Both the position numbers and the translations under genes were made by a program. This document shows, one piece after another, positions 18,994 through 27,430 of a stretch of 64,000 bases of DNA; position 1 is the stretch's first letter, and every line of letters starts with the position of its first letter. The stretch lies in NCBI GenBank assembly GCA_964566795.1, contig CAZMIU010000001.1:399797-463796 (forward strand), in the 5' to 3' direction. Below the pieces are notes generated by a model, which saw nothing but the letters and a program-made list of their open reading frames with translations, was not told the origin of the DNA and did not search any database. The DNA comes from an uncultured Candidatus Saccharibacteria bacterium. GTDB taxonomy: Bacteria > Patescibacteriota > Minisyncoccia > Phycocordibacterales > SBAW01.

Positions 18994-19575
18994 TCACACT
19001 TCCAGATAATCGATATTCACCTGCACGTTGCCGGTGCCGGAAATGACGCAGTACACGACCTCGTCCACGCCGCCCTCTACATAGTTGGGGTGGTTTTTTG
19101 TGCCGTACAGCCCTCCCAGTCGCGGAGAGACGTACTTTTCATAATCCGTGCCGCCCGACGTAAAACGGAACGAGACGCTAGTCAGGTTAGCGTCCAGCGA
19201 AAACCGTGTATTGTACACGCGCACCTTCTTGCCGCTCGCGGGCGTGTGCACGGTGCCCGAGGCGCTCAGGCTCGTTGTCTTTTTGAGGACGGCTGCACCC
19301 TCTTTTACCGACGGGTTAACGCGGGTGTTGGACGAATCTTTAACACCCACCACGCCCGTGCCGGGCGTGCTACCCATCACGAGTGCCGAAGCGCGCTTGG
19401 GGAGCGCGCTTGCAGCAACAGCGCCGACCGCTATGACCGCAAGGCTCTTGAGGAACAGGCGCTTATGCTGGTCGCCGGGCGCAGCATGAGCCGCGCCGGG
19501 TTTTAGCGCGCGCGGCAAGGGCTCCAGCACCTCGTACTCAGGCTCTGGAGGGCGTCTGTAGGGAAGAATACCCAC
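18994..19575 (-). CDS. Protein with Tat-like signal (HKRLFLK...ASA), first gene of the operon
   Basis: K-R-x-F-L-K, hydrophobic stretch, KR, then an AxA site; GTG start 6 nt after TATACT. Confidence 0.7.
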   Translation of the reverse strand: MGILPYRRPPEPEYEVLEPLPRALKPGAAHAAPGDQHKRLFLKSLAVIAVGAVAASALPKRASALVMGSTPGTGVVGVKDSSNTRVNPSVKEGAAVLKKTTSLSASGTVHTPASGKKVRVYNTRFSLDANLTSVSFRFTSGGTDYEKYVSPRLGGLYGTKNHPNYVEGGVDEVVYCVISGTGNVQVNIDYLEV

Positions 19576-19620
19576 CCTTTCAGTATATAAGACGTATGAA
19601 GGCCCAATGAGAGCAGCTTT

Positions 19621-20148
19621 TTACTCTGGGGATTTCCTCTCCTTTCTGCTCCCCGCATAATAAAACCTCAGTGGCAACTCTTTGGATTTGGAGATCCCTA
19701 TGCGCGGCGACACGCGTACCTCGCGCGTGTCACTTCCCTCGGCCACAAACAGCCCGCTCTCTTTATTTGTCATATCTACCCCATCGAGTGCTTTATTGAT
19801 ATGAAATGTTCTGCCTACAAGGCCCGGGCCGCGCACCGGCAGGGCGCCGCGGATAAGCACTGAGCTCGGTGTGCCCGCCGCCTCTGTCACCACATCGAGC
19901 AAAACGTATTGCCGCATGGCGTGCACATAGGCGTGGCCCGCCTCTTTATATAGGCTCTGGTTGCGCAGACTCTTGCCCTTATGACCGTGGGCGGCCTTAT
20001 CTCCCACGGCCAGGTAGGCCTCTGTCTCGACAATTGTCCCGGCCATCTCTTTGCCGCCCACCCTTCTTACAAGCAGCTTGCCCAACAACTCGCGCGCCAC
20101 TGTGGCCGGCTCGCGGTTAAAAAAGCTCCTCGGCAGCGGCTTATACAT
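19621..20148 (-). CDS. mpg: DNA-3-methyladenine glycosylase (MPG/AAG family)
   Basis: VARELLGKLL, IVETEAY, SVLIRG, GPG, PRIGISK, LRFY. Confidence 0.88.
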   Translation of the reverse strand: MYKPLPRSFFNREPATVARELLGKLLVRRVGGKEMAGTIVETEAYLAVGDKAAHGHKGKSLRNQSLYKEAGHAYVHAMRQYVLLDVVTEAAGTPSSVLIRGALPVRGPGLVGRTFHINKALDGVDMTNKESGLFVAEGSDTREVRVSPRIGISKSKELPLRFYYAGSRKERKSPE

Positions 20149-20216
20149 CCGCACAGTTTAGCAAAACGGTACTAAGTACCCATATTTTTCAATTTTTGTG
20201 GTGTTATTTTGGGCCC

Positions 20217-20615
20217 TTAGCGCCTGTTGAGAGATGTGATAGTCAGCTGCAAGGCGGTGGCAAAGGAGACCCAGGCCAGGTATGGCAGGTTTATGAGCGC
20301 GACCCAGGGTGCGATGGGCCAGATGGCCACAAGCGCCCACACGAGCGTGGCCCACACAAGCACGATGTCTATTGCGGCGAGTGTAAAGTTGCGCAGGCGA
20401 AACTGGATGGGCGTAAATAGGAGGTTAAAGATAAGGTTCAGCGCAAATGGTAAAGCAACCAAGGTGGGCACCATACCTTGGTACCAGGCAACGCCAACAT
20501 GCCCAAACGAAATGGCGATGAGTATGTAGAGCACAGTCCACACCGGGCCAAAAGCCCAAGCAGGCGGCGCCCATGATGGCTTTTTGTAGTCTTTGTATTG
20601 AGCTGGGGTGTTCAT
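20217..20615 (-). CDS. tspO: TspO/MBR family tryptophan-rich membrane protein
   Basis: KPSWAPPAWAFGPVWTVLY...PYLAWVSFATAL. Confidence 0.9.
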   Translation of the reverse strand: MNTPAQYKDYKKPSWAPPAWAFGPVWTVLYILIAISFGHVGVAWYQGMVPTLVALPFALNLIFNLLFTPIQFRLRNFTLAAIDIVLVWATLVWALVAIWPIAPWVALINLPYLAWVSFATALQLTITSLNRR

Positions 20616-20634
20616 ACAACAATTATACAAAATT

Positions 20635-20865
20635 GAGGGATGGGTTCGGTCACAAATATTTTTCTGCTGAAAATTTTCGCGACCCCGGCTTTCGAATCGG
20701 GATTCGGCCAAGAACATTTTTAGCTGTCGTCACAGCAAAAAATTTCTCGGCCCTGGAACTGCGACCTTGCCCACTGGCAAGGTGCCCGCAGTTCCGTTCG
20801 AATCCCTCCCTCTTCCTGCAAAAAATATAATCCCGCACAGACATGCTGTGCGGTCATTATTTTTG
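20635..20865. repeat. Nested hairpin elements with an inverted copy of the tRNA-Ser 3' end
   Basis: 20796-20813 is an 18-bp inverted copy of 20869-20886; stem-loops at 20648-20684, 20706-20752 and 20755-20795. Confidence 0.75.
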
Positions 20866-20956
20866 CGGAGAGGGAGGGATTCGAACCCTCGATACGGATA
20901 TTACCCCGTATGGGGGATTAGCAATCCCCTGCTTTCAGCCGCTCAGCCACCTCTCC
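20866..20956 (-). tRNA. tRNA-Ser(GCT)
   Basis: GGAGAGG/CCTCTCC acceptor, GGGGA-TTGCTAA-TCCCC anticodon arm, long variable arm, GGTTCGAATCC; discriminator G, CCA not encoded. Confidence 0.95.
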
Positions 20957-20978
20957 AATATACTTCGAATTGTCGCCA

Positions 20979-21064
20979 GGAGACGGTGGCTGAGCGGCTG
21001 CCACGTCGCTTTGCTCCGATGGGGTACAAAGCAGTTTGTACCCCATCCACTCAGCCACCTCTCC
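20979..21064. repeat. Hairpin element with inverted and direct copies of the tRNA-Ser 5' end
   Basis: GGAGACGGTGGCTGAGCGGCTG at 20979-21000, CCACTCAGCCACCTCTCC at 21047-21064, and a 13-bp perfect internal stem at 21018-21047. Confidence 0.75.
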
Positions 21065-21170
21065 TTTACTCATACAACTTACACCAAAACAGCACCAATA
21101 AAAAGACCGGCTTTACATGGGCTCAATACGCGGTACAGTGACGGCAGAGCAATGCACAAAGGAGCTAGCC

Positions 21171-21596
21171 ATGCGCCGGCACCATCCAAACAACGTTTTG
21201 AAGGTCAATACGCCTGTCATCGAGCTCCTGTGCAAGAACCCCGCACCTGAGGATCTGATAGACGCCGTAACGACATCGATAATCATCAATTCGACCAGGT
21301 CGGACCTTATGCAGGCGGCCACGGCGGCAGGCGACCTGCTAAGCGCGGTGCGCACAAATGTCTGCGCACCCGGGAGGGTCATCTTCCTCGTACACTTCAA
21401 TATCGAGAGCGACTATCCGTCCTGCACGGTAGCACTCGCCAACGGCGATATTACCGCCAAACTGTACTGCCGGGTCAATACCTATACCGATACGGTAGAG
21501 GTGTACCCTGCCCCCGCGGATACAGCAGGGCCGGCACTCATCGTCTCGCTAAAAAATCTGCGGTACGAGCGCGATAGTACCGCTCGGTTTAACTGA
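21171..21596 (+). CDS. Hypothetical protein
   Basis: AAGGAG 6 nt before ATG; followed by a GC hairpin and T run (21601-21626). Confidence 0.6.
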   Translation: MRRHHPNNVLKVNTPVIELLCKNPAPEDLIDAVTTSIIINSTRSDLMQAATAAGDLLSAVRTNVCAPGRVIFLVHFNIESDYPSCTVALANGDITAKLYCRVNTYTDTVEVYPAPADTAGPALIVSLKNLRYERDSTARFN

Positions 21597-21659
21597 ACAA
21601 CGCGGCCCATCCGGGCCGCGTTTTCTCTTGTAAGATCACAAGCTCGCGGTACACGCCCG

Positions 21660-22793
21660 TTATAACAAATCGATATGTAAGGGCGCTTCAACTTCTGTTG
21701 GGTCCTGCTTAAGTATGGGGGTTATGATGTTTTGCTCAATGCGGGTCTGTGCCTTAAGCAATACATAGAGCTTTGTGGCGCGTGCCAGAGCCTCGGTGTA
21801 GTCGCTCCTCGCTTCATCAAAGTGCCCCTCAGCAAGCGTTGTCGAGCCAAGCTCCATCTGGTCTCGTATAGCAACAAGCTCGCCCGACACCTGCGTTATC
21901 ACGGCCGGGCTCAGGTCATCTTTAATGCCATCAAACAGCTCGCGCACGTCTGCAAGTGTCTCTTCTGCGCGGGCCTGAGCGCGTAATGCTGTCTGCTCGT
22001 CGCCGCGTGGCATCTGTGCGACCATGTCGTTTTCCAACGATACAGTGCCGCTGGCCTCGGTGCCTGTTGAGGTGTCGCTTGCAACCATAGACATGCTCAT
22101 AGTCTGATTTACAGTGGGCGCCGTCTTGGCTACTCGCATGGCGATAGGCGCCGTGGCCGCGCGGGCCGAGGTATTGGTGCGTGCCAAGACCTTAGCGGCA
22201 ATAACGCCAGTACCCTCCTGGTTCTCCTTGGCACCGCCCACCGTAAGCGTTGCAAGTATCTCGCCGTGGGCCAGTAAAGACGAGTCCAATTTGGCACGAA
22301 GCTCTGTGGCGACTTCCGGATCCTCGGTCTCTAGCACCTCCACCTGCTTGTCAGCGTCCTGTGCATGGCTCTCAAAGCTTGCCGCGAGCGCCTCGCCCAC
22401 TGCGGGGTTTAGTTTGCCCTGCGCAGCAAGCGTCTCGGCCTCCTCCACGCGCCTCTGGGCGAGCTTGGCCGACACCTCGGCACGGGCTACAGGCGTGGTT
22501 GCGAGCGCCACCTCTAGCGCCTCGTTAACAGACACCTTAACCGGATACAAAAGGTCCCCCGGCAGAGTGCTCTGTGCCGCAGCTGCGGTACCGGAGCTAA
22601 CAAGTACAACAAGTACAAGTGACAACGGAACAAGAGCCCTAGTACTAAAGAAATGAAATGAGTAACTAAAATACGAGCTCGGTTGCGACGCAAGCGGCGA
22701 GGCAACCCCAAATATGCTTGCCTTCATGGCAGCCTTCTCGTCCGCAGTCATGCGGATCTTTAGTGATTCAGTTTTTAAATTATTGAGTTCCAT
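21660..22793 (-). CDS. Probable anti-sigma factor (DUF5667-like)
   Basis: TM followed by LPGDLLYPVKVSVNE...RRVEEA; overlaps the ECF sigma stop. Confidence 0.75.
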   Translation of the reverse strand: MELNNLKTESLKIRMTADEKAAMKASIFGVASPLASQPSSYFSYSFHFFSTRALVPLSLVLVVLVSSGTAAAAQSTLPGDLLYPVKVSVNEALEVALATTPVARAEVSAKLAQRRVEEAETLAAQGKLNPAVGEALAASFESHAQDADKQVEVLETEDPEVATELRAKLDSSLLAHGEILATLTVGGAKENQEGTGVIAAKVLARTNTSARAATAPIAMRVAKTAPTVNQTMSMSMVASDTSTGTEASGTVSLENDMVAQMPRGDEQTALRAQARAEETLADVRELFDGIKDDLSPAVITQVSGELVAIRDQMELGSTTLAEGHFDEARSDYTEALARATKLYVLLKAQTRIEQNIITPILKQDPTEVEAPLHIDLL

Positions 22794-23334
22794 TGTTCTT
22801 TGTACGTGTCGTACTTTGTTGTTCGAGCATAGCTCGGAGTTTTTTCAGCCCGCGGTGTACCCTGACCGACACCACGTTCTCGCTCTCGCCTATTGTCTCG
22901 GCAATCTCGCGGGGCGAGAGGCCGTCAATATAGCGCAGCGTCACCGCCTCGCGGTAGGGCTCGGGCAGGTCCTTAAGTACCACGAGCACCCGCGCAGCCT
23001 CGTGCCTGTCTATGGCAGCCTCCAGGGTGTTGCTCTCGTCCGCAGACAAAAGCATCTCCACATCCATGTCGTGTTTCTCGGCTATAGCCTCAAGCGAGGT
23101 TGCCTTGTGCTTGCGGTACTCATCAATGATGAGGTTGCGCAGGGTGCGGTACAAAAAGGGCCTGATGTCTTTAATATCCTCGCCCTTTTGTGCATAGCTC
23201 CACGCTTTCATGAACGCCTCCTGGGTTAACTCAAGCGCACGCTCGCGGTCGGAAAGCCGTATAGAGGCATGACGAAAGAGCTCGTCGCTGTATGCCTCAA
23301 AGGCCTGCTCAAAGGTGTGTTGCAGTTCATCCAT
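22780..23334 (-). CDS. ECF RNA polymerase sigma-70 factor
   Basis: ELTQEAFMKAW, FLYRTLRNLIIDEYRK, GLSPREIAETIG...VRVHRG. Confidence 0.92.
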   Translation of the reverse strand: MDELQHTFEQAFEAYSDELFRHASIRLSDRERALELTQEAFMKAWSYAQKGEDIKDIRPFLYRTLRNLIIDEYRKHKATSLEAIAEKHDMDVEMLLSADESNTLEAAIDRHEAARVLVVLKDLPEPYREAVTLRYIDGLSPREIAETIGESENVVSVRVHRGLKKLRAMLEQQSTTRTKNNGTQ

Positions 23335-23362
23335 AGGTATAGACGGCCCACGCCTATCTATA

Positions 23363-24517
23363 TTACTTTATTGCTCTCGCCACCGCCTCTGCCACCCCCT
23401 TATCAAAAGGGCCTGGGATTATCCTCGCCACTGTGGGATTTTTAACAAGCGCCGCCAGGTTGTGTGCTGCCTTTATCTTCATCTGGTCAGTAATTTTGGC
23501 CACTTTGTTGTCGAGAGCCCCGCGGAATATGCCCGGGAATGCGAGACTGTTGTTAACCTGGTTGGGGTAGTCTGAGCGGCCCGTGGCTACCACGCCGGCA
23601 CCCGCTTTGAGCGCTAACTCCGGCATAATCTCGGGCGTTGGGTTAGCCATCGCAAATATGATCGGGCTCGGTGCCATAGTCTTGATCATCTCCGGCGTGA
23701 GCACGCCGGGCTTTGATACGCCCACAAATATGTTGGCGTCTACAAGCGCCTTGGCCAAGTCACCACCCTCGCGGGCTAATATAATCTTGTCTTTGATCAG
23801 TCTTTTCTTGGTGTCGTTTAAGTCACGGCGGCCCTCCCACACCACACCCTCGCTGTCGACCGCAATGATGTTTATCTTTGGTGCAGCTTGCTTGAGCAGG
23901 CGCATGATAGCCACGCCCGCAGCCCCTACCCCGCTTACAACAACAAAGCAGTCTTTGCTGTTTAAAGACTTTTTAACAACCTTGGCCGCGTTAAGCAGGC
24001 CCGCCAACACCACAATGGCGGTGCCGTGCTGGTCGTCGTGCATCACCGGGATAGATAAGCGCCTCTTAAGCTCCTCTTCTATATAAAAACATTTGGGTGC
24101 GGCAATATCCTCGAGGTTAATCCCGCCAAAGCCGGGCGCCACTGCCATAACCGCCTCGATAATCTTCTCCGGGTCCTGGGTGTCGAGTACGAGCGGGAAT
24201 GCGTCTACATTGGCAAAGGTCTTAAAGAGTGCGCACTTGCCCTCCATCACCGGGAGCGCGCCAAGCGCGCCAATGTTGCCCAGCCCCAACACCGCAGAGC
24301 CGTCGCTTATTACCGCTATCATGCGGCCTTTCATGGTGTGCGTGCGCGCAAGTTTATGGTCTTTAGCCACAGCGCTCGAGACTGCCGCAACACCGGGCGT
24401 GTAAACCAAAGAGAGGTCCTCGCGTGTAACAACCCGAGTGGTGGGTGCTATAGCAATTTTGCCCCCGAGCTTTTTGTGCAGTGCAATCGCCTCCTTGGAT
24501 ACGTCTTTTTTAGCCAT
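23363..24517 (-). CDS. NAD(P)-dependent malic enzyme
   Basis: YTPGVA, SDGSAVLGLGNIG, PVMEGK, NLEDI, HDDQHGT, ATGRSDYPNQVNN. Confidence 0.92.
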   Translation of the reverse strand: MAKKDVSKEAIALHKKLGGKIAIAPTTRVVTREDLSLVYTPGVAAVSSAVAKDHKLARTHTMKGRMIAVISDGSAVLGLGNIGALGALPVMEGKCALFKTFANVDAFPLVLDTQDPEKIIEAVMAVAPGFGGINLEDIAAPKCFYIEEELKRRLSIPVMHDDQHGTAIVVLAGLLNAAKVVKKSLNSKDCFVVVSGVGAAGVAIMRLLKQAAPKINIIAVDSEGVVWEGRRDLNDTKKRLIKDKIILAREGGDLAKALVDANIFVGVSKPGVLTPEMIKTMAPSPIIFAMANPTPEIMPELALKAGAGVVATGRSDYPNQVNNSLAFPGIFRGALDNKVAKITDQMKIKAAHNLAALVKNPTVARIIPGPFDKGVAEAVARAIK

Positions 24518-24554
24518 GCCTGCAAGTATATCAAAGGACAAAGAGAAAGGCCGT

Positions 24555-24998
24555 CTAAGCAGACGGCCTCCTAAAAATAACAAAACGGCTGACGGGATAA
24601 TTTTGACACACCCCGAGCAGGATGCCCGCGAGCGGGTGCGCGAGCATGGGAGCCAGTGTTGCATACTCCACTAGAACAATCACAAGCAAGGGAGCCGCGC
24701 CAAGGTTGTTCCAGAGCTTGAGCGCCCCGTGCGAGATTGTCTGGAGCGACGTCGCTTTTTTACTCCTGCCCCGGTCGCCAAACGTCCACCACTTGTGGAG
24801 CGGAAAGTTAAGCATCCACGCTCCAATACCGGCTATAGCTGTGGCTATTGGGTAATGGACACCCGCCCCAAGGAACAACAGGGAGAAAAAGCCGTAGTTA
24901 ACAACACCGGTGATACCGCCCGCGAGGAAATACCGGACCAATTTGCGCTGCAGGAGATCTCTACCCCACTGCAGCACGTACGCACACGGATGCAGCAT
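24555..24998 (-). CDS. GtrA-family membrane protein
   Basis: VRYFLAGG...VNY, LNFPLHKWWTF, NYPVSRFVIF. Confidence 0.8.
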   Translation of the reverse strand: MLHPCAYVLQWGRDLLQRKLVRYFLAGGITGVVNYGFFSLLFLGAGVHYPIATAIAGIGAWMLNFPLHKWWTFGDRGRSKKATSLQTISHGALKLWNNLGAAPLLVIVLVEYATLAPMLAHPLAGILLGVCQNYPVSRFVIFRRPSA

Positions 24999-25042
24999 GG
25001 GACCTACTCCTTATACATCTGTGCTATTGGTATACTCTGGCC

Positions 25043-27268
25043 ATGCTGCTGTCAAACCGGCTTGATACACACTTGAGGCTCACCGAGCTGCAAAAGTCGG
25101 CTCTCTCCAAGCTCGGTATCACCACAGTGCGCGACTTGCTGTATCACTTCCCCTCCCGCTACGAGGTCGCGGGCGAGGGCGCCGAGATTGCAGGGCTTGT
25201 GTCGGGCCAGGATGTATCTATTGTCGGCACGCTGGAGAAGCTGGAGGCCAAAAAAGGATGGAAGTCGCGCATACCGATGACAGAAGGGTTTTTGCGCGAC
25301 AAAACCGGCCGCATAAAGTGCCGCTGGTTTAACCAGCCCTACATAGCAAAGATGTATGCCGACGGCACGACTGTGCGGGCGACAGGAAAAGTAAGCGGCT
25401 CAGTGGGCAAGTTGTATCTGGCCAACCCCCAACTCCAGAAAATATCTGCGACAGAAGCAGGCCTTTTCGCGGCGGAGCAGAACCTTCCTGAAAAAAATCT
25501 AGGCGTGGGCGGCGCCCCGAGTATACGGGGTAGGGATAAGGATTTTTTTCAGGAAGGTTCTGAGGAGCCTGAGCTATTCGCGGTATACCCGGAGAGTCGC
25601 GGCATCACGAGCCTCTGGTTTAGGCACGCTATTAAAAAAGTGATGACAAACGAGCTACTCGACACAGTCGAGGATGCTATCCCCGAGGAACTTTTAAAGA
25701 AGTACAACCTTCCTACCCTGCGCACCGCCCTGGTATGGGCCCACCAGCCACATGAAAAAAAGCAGGGCGATGCCGCGCGCAAGCGCTTTGCCTTTGAGGA
25801 GGTGTTTATGATCCAGCTTGAGCGCGGGCTCGAGCGCGCACAGCAAGCCAAGGCCGACAGCTTTGCCGTAACAACTCCCGAAGCGCAGGTGCAGCGGTTT
25901 GTAGACGCGTTCCCCTTCTCTGCCACCAACGCACAGCTCAAAGCACTCGACGCTATCTTGGCCGACATGCACTCCGGCCGCCCCATGTCTCGCCTGCTTG
26001 AGGGCGATGTGGGCTCGGGCAAAACAGCTGTGGCCGCTACTGCCGCACATGCTGTTGTAGAGACTAGGCCCCGCGGCCAGAAAGCCGGGACGCTCCAGGT
26101 GGCCTACATGGCACCCACAGAGATCTTGGCCAAGCAGCACTTTGAGTCTTTTATAAAATTCTTTGAAAATTTCCCGATACAAATAGGACTGATTACCGGC
26201 TCGGGCTGCTACAAGTTCCCCTCCAAGGTAAACCGCGAGGGCTACACAAACATATCGCGCGCGCAGCTCCTCAAATGGGTGGCTAATGGCGAAATACCGG
26301 TACTCATTGGCACGCATGCACTAATTCAGAAGGCTGTGCAGTTTAAGCACCTGGCTCTGGTAGTAATAGACGAGCAGCACCGCTTTGGCACCAACCAGCG
26401 CCGCGCCTTGGCGCGCAAAGAGACGCGCCTCCCCCACCTGCTTTCGATGACCGCCACACCTATACCGCGCACATTGGCCCTCACTATCTATGGCGACCTC
26501 GACCTCACACTGCTCGATGAAATGCCGCCGGGCCGCAAGCCAATCATTACGGAGATTGTGAAGCCGAGCGAGCGCCCCAAGGCCTACTCCAAAATGCGCG
26601 AGCAGTTGGCCGAGGGCCGGCAGGCCTACGTGATATGCCCGCGCATCGACGAGCCCGACCCGGAGAAGCAGTTTGCCCTCCAGGCCAAATCGGTTAAGGC
26701 GGAGGCCAAGCGGCTTAAAAAAGATGTCTTTCCAGAGTACGAGATAGAGATCCTGCACAGCAAGATGACGCCTAAAGAAAAAGACGAGGTGATGGCGCGC
26801 TTTAGTAATCACGAGATTGATATTTTGGTTGCGACATCGGTTGTGGAAGTGGGTGTAAACGTGCCTAACGCCACCATGATATTTATTGAGGGCGCGGAGC
26901 GGTTTGGCTTATCGCAGTTGCATCAGCTGCGTGGCCGTGTGGTGCGCTCTAACCACCAGGCGTATTGCTTTGTCTGCCCGGAGAGTAAAGGCGAGACAAC
27001 GCTGGCGCGCCTTAAGGCACTGGTCACGGCCAAAAACGGATTTGAGCTGGCCGAGCAAGATTTATTGCAGCGCGGGCCCGGCGAGCTCACAGGCCGCCGC
27101 CAATGGGGCATCTCCGACATTGGCATGGAAGCTTTAAAAAACCTCAAACTAGTAGAGGCCGCCCGCGAGGAGGCCCAAGCCCTGGTAAAGCACGATGACA
27201 CACTCGCCAAACACCCGGCACTTAAAGCAGCTATAGCAGCAAGAGCGGCACAGATGCATTTAGAGTAG
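25043..27268 (+). CDS. recG: ATP-dependent DNA helicase RecG with in-frame palindromic insertion
   Basis: LLYHFPSRYE, RLLEGDVGSGKT, IDEQHRFG, MTATPIPRTL, QLHQLRGRV, DLLQRGPGE. Confidence 0.96.
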   Translation: MLLSNRLDTHLRLTELQKSALSKLGITTVRDLLYHFPSRYEVAGEGAEIAGLVSGQDVSIVGTLEKLEAKKGWKSRIPMTEGFLRDKTGRIKCRWFNQPYIAKMYADGTTVRATGKVSGSVGKLYLANPQLQKISATEAGLFAAEQNLPEKNLGVGGAPSIRGRDKDFFQEGSEEPELFAVYPESRGITSLWFRHAIKKVMTNELLDTVEDAIPEELLKKYNLPTLRTALVWAHQPHEKKQGDAARKRFAFEEVFMIQLERGLERAQQAKADSFAVTTPEAQVQRFVDAFPFSATNAQLKALDAILADMHSGRPMSRLLEGDVGSGKTAVAATAAHAVVETRPRGQKAGTLQVAYMAPTEILAKQHFESFIKFFENFPIQIGLITGSGCYKFPSKVNREGYTNISRAQLLKWVANGEIPVLIGTHALIQKAVQFKHLALVVIDEQHRFGTNQRRALARKETRLPHLLSMTATPIPRTLALTIYGDLDLTLLDEMPPGRKPIITEIVKPSERPKAYSKMREQLAEGRQAYVICPRIDEPDPEKQFALQAKSVKAEAKRLKKDVFPEYEIEILHSKMTPKEKDEVMARFSNHEIDILVATSVVEVGVNVPNATMIFIEGAERFGLSQLHQLRGRVVRSNHQAYCFVCPESKGETTLARLKALVTAKNGFELAEQDLLQRGPGELTGRRQWGISDIGMEALKNLKLVEAAREEAQALVKHDDTLAKHPALKAAIAARAAQMHLE
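25478..25562. repeat. Intragenic palindromic element in recG
   Basis: Perfect 22-bp inverted repeat CAGAACCTTCCTGAAAAAAATC / GATTTTTTTCAGGAAGGTTCTG with internal hairpin CCCCG-AGTATA-CGGGG. Confidence 0.9.
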
Positions 27269-27293
27269 TAACGCGATATAGTGAGCAGGAATC

Positions 27294-27365
27294 GGGCGTG
27301 TAGCTCAGTGGTAGAGCCGTCGTCTTATACACGACTGGTCGCAGGTTCGATCCCTGCCACGCCCA
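27294..27365 (+). tRNA. tRNA-Ile with UAU anticodon
   Basis: GGGCGTG/CACGCCC acceptor, GCTC/GAGC D stem, GTCGT-CTTATAC-ACGAC anticodon arm (TAT at 27326-27328), GCAGG-TTCGATC-CCTGC; discriminator A. Confidence 0.9.
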
Positions 27366-27430
27366 CTTGGAGTAAGGTCGTCTTCGTGCTACCGTTTTGC
27401 GAGCTCAACAGTAAACCAAGGAGGTCCGCT

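Noticed and set aside
15717-19575. Possible prophage remnant
   Set aside because: No integrase, terminase, portal, capsid or lysis genes; the genes are intact and coupled to tatC/tatA.
20767-21250. ORFs overlapping the tRNA-Ser region
   Set aside because: They translate tRNA and hairpin sequence and show no coding features.
27281-27430. N-terminal extension of the pyrD ORF
   Set aside because: It runs through tRNA-Ile; an SD-led GTG at 27431 is the better start.
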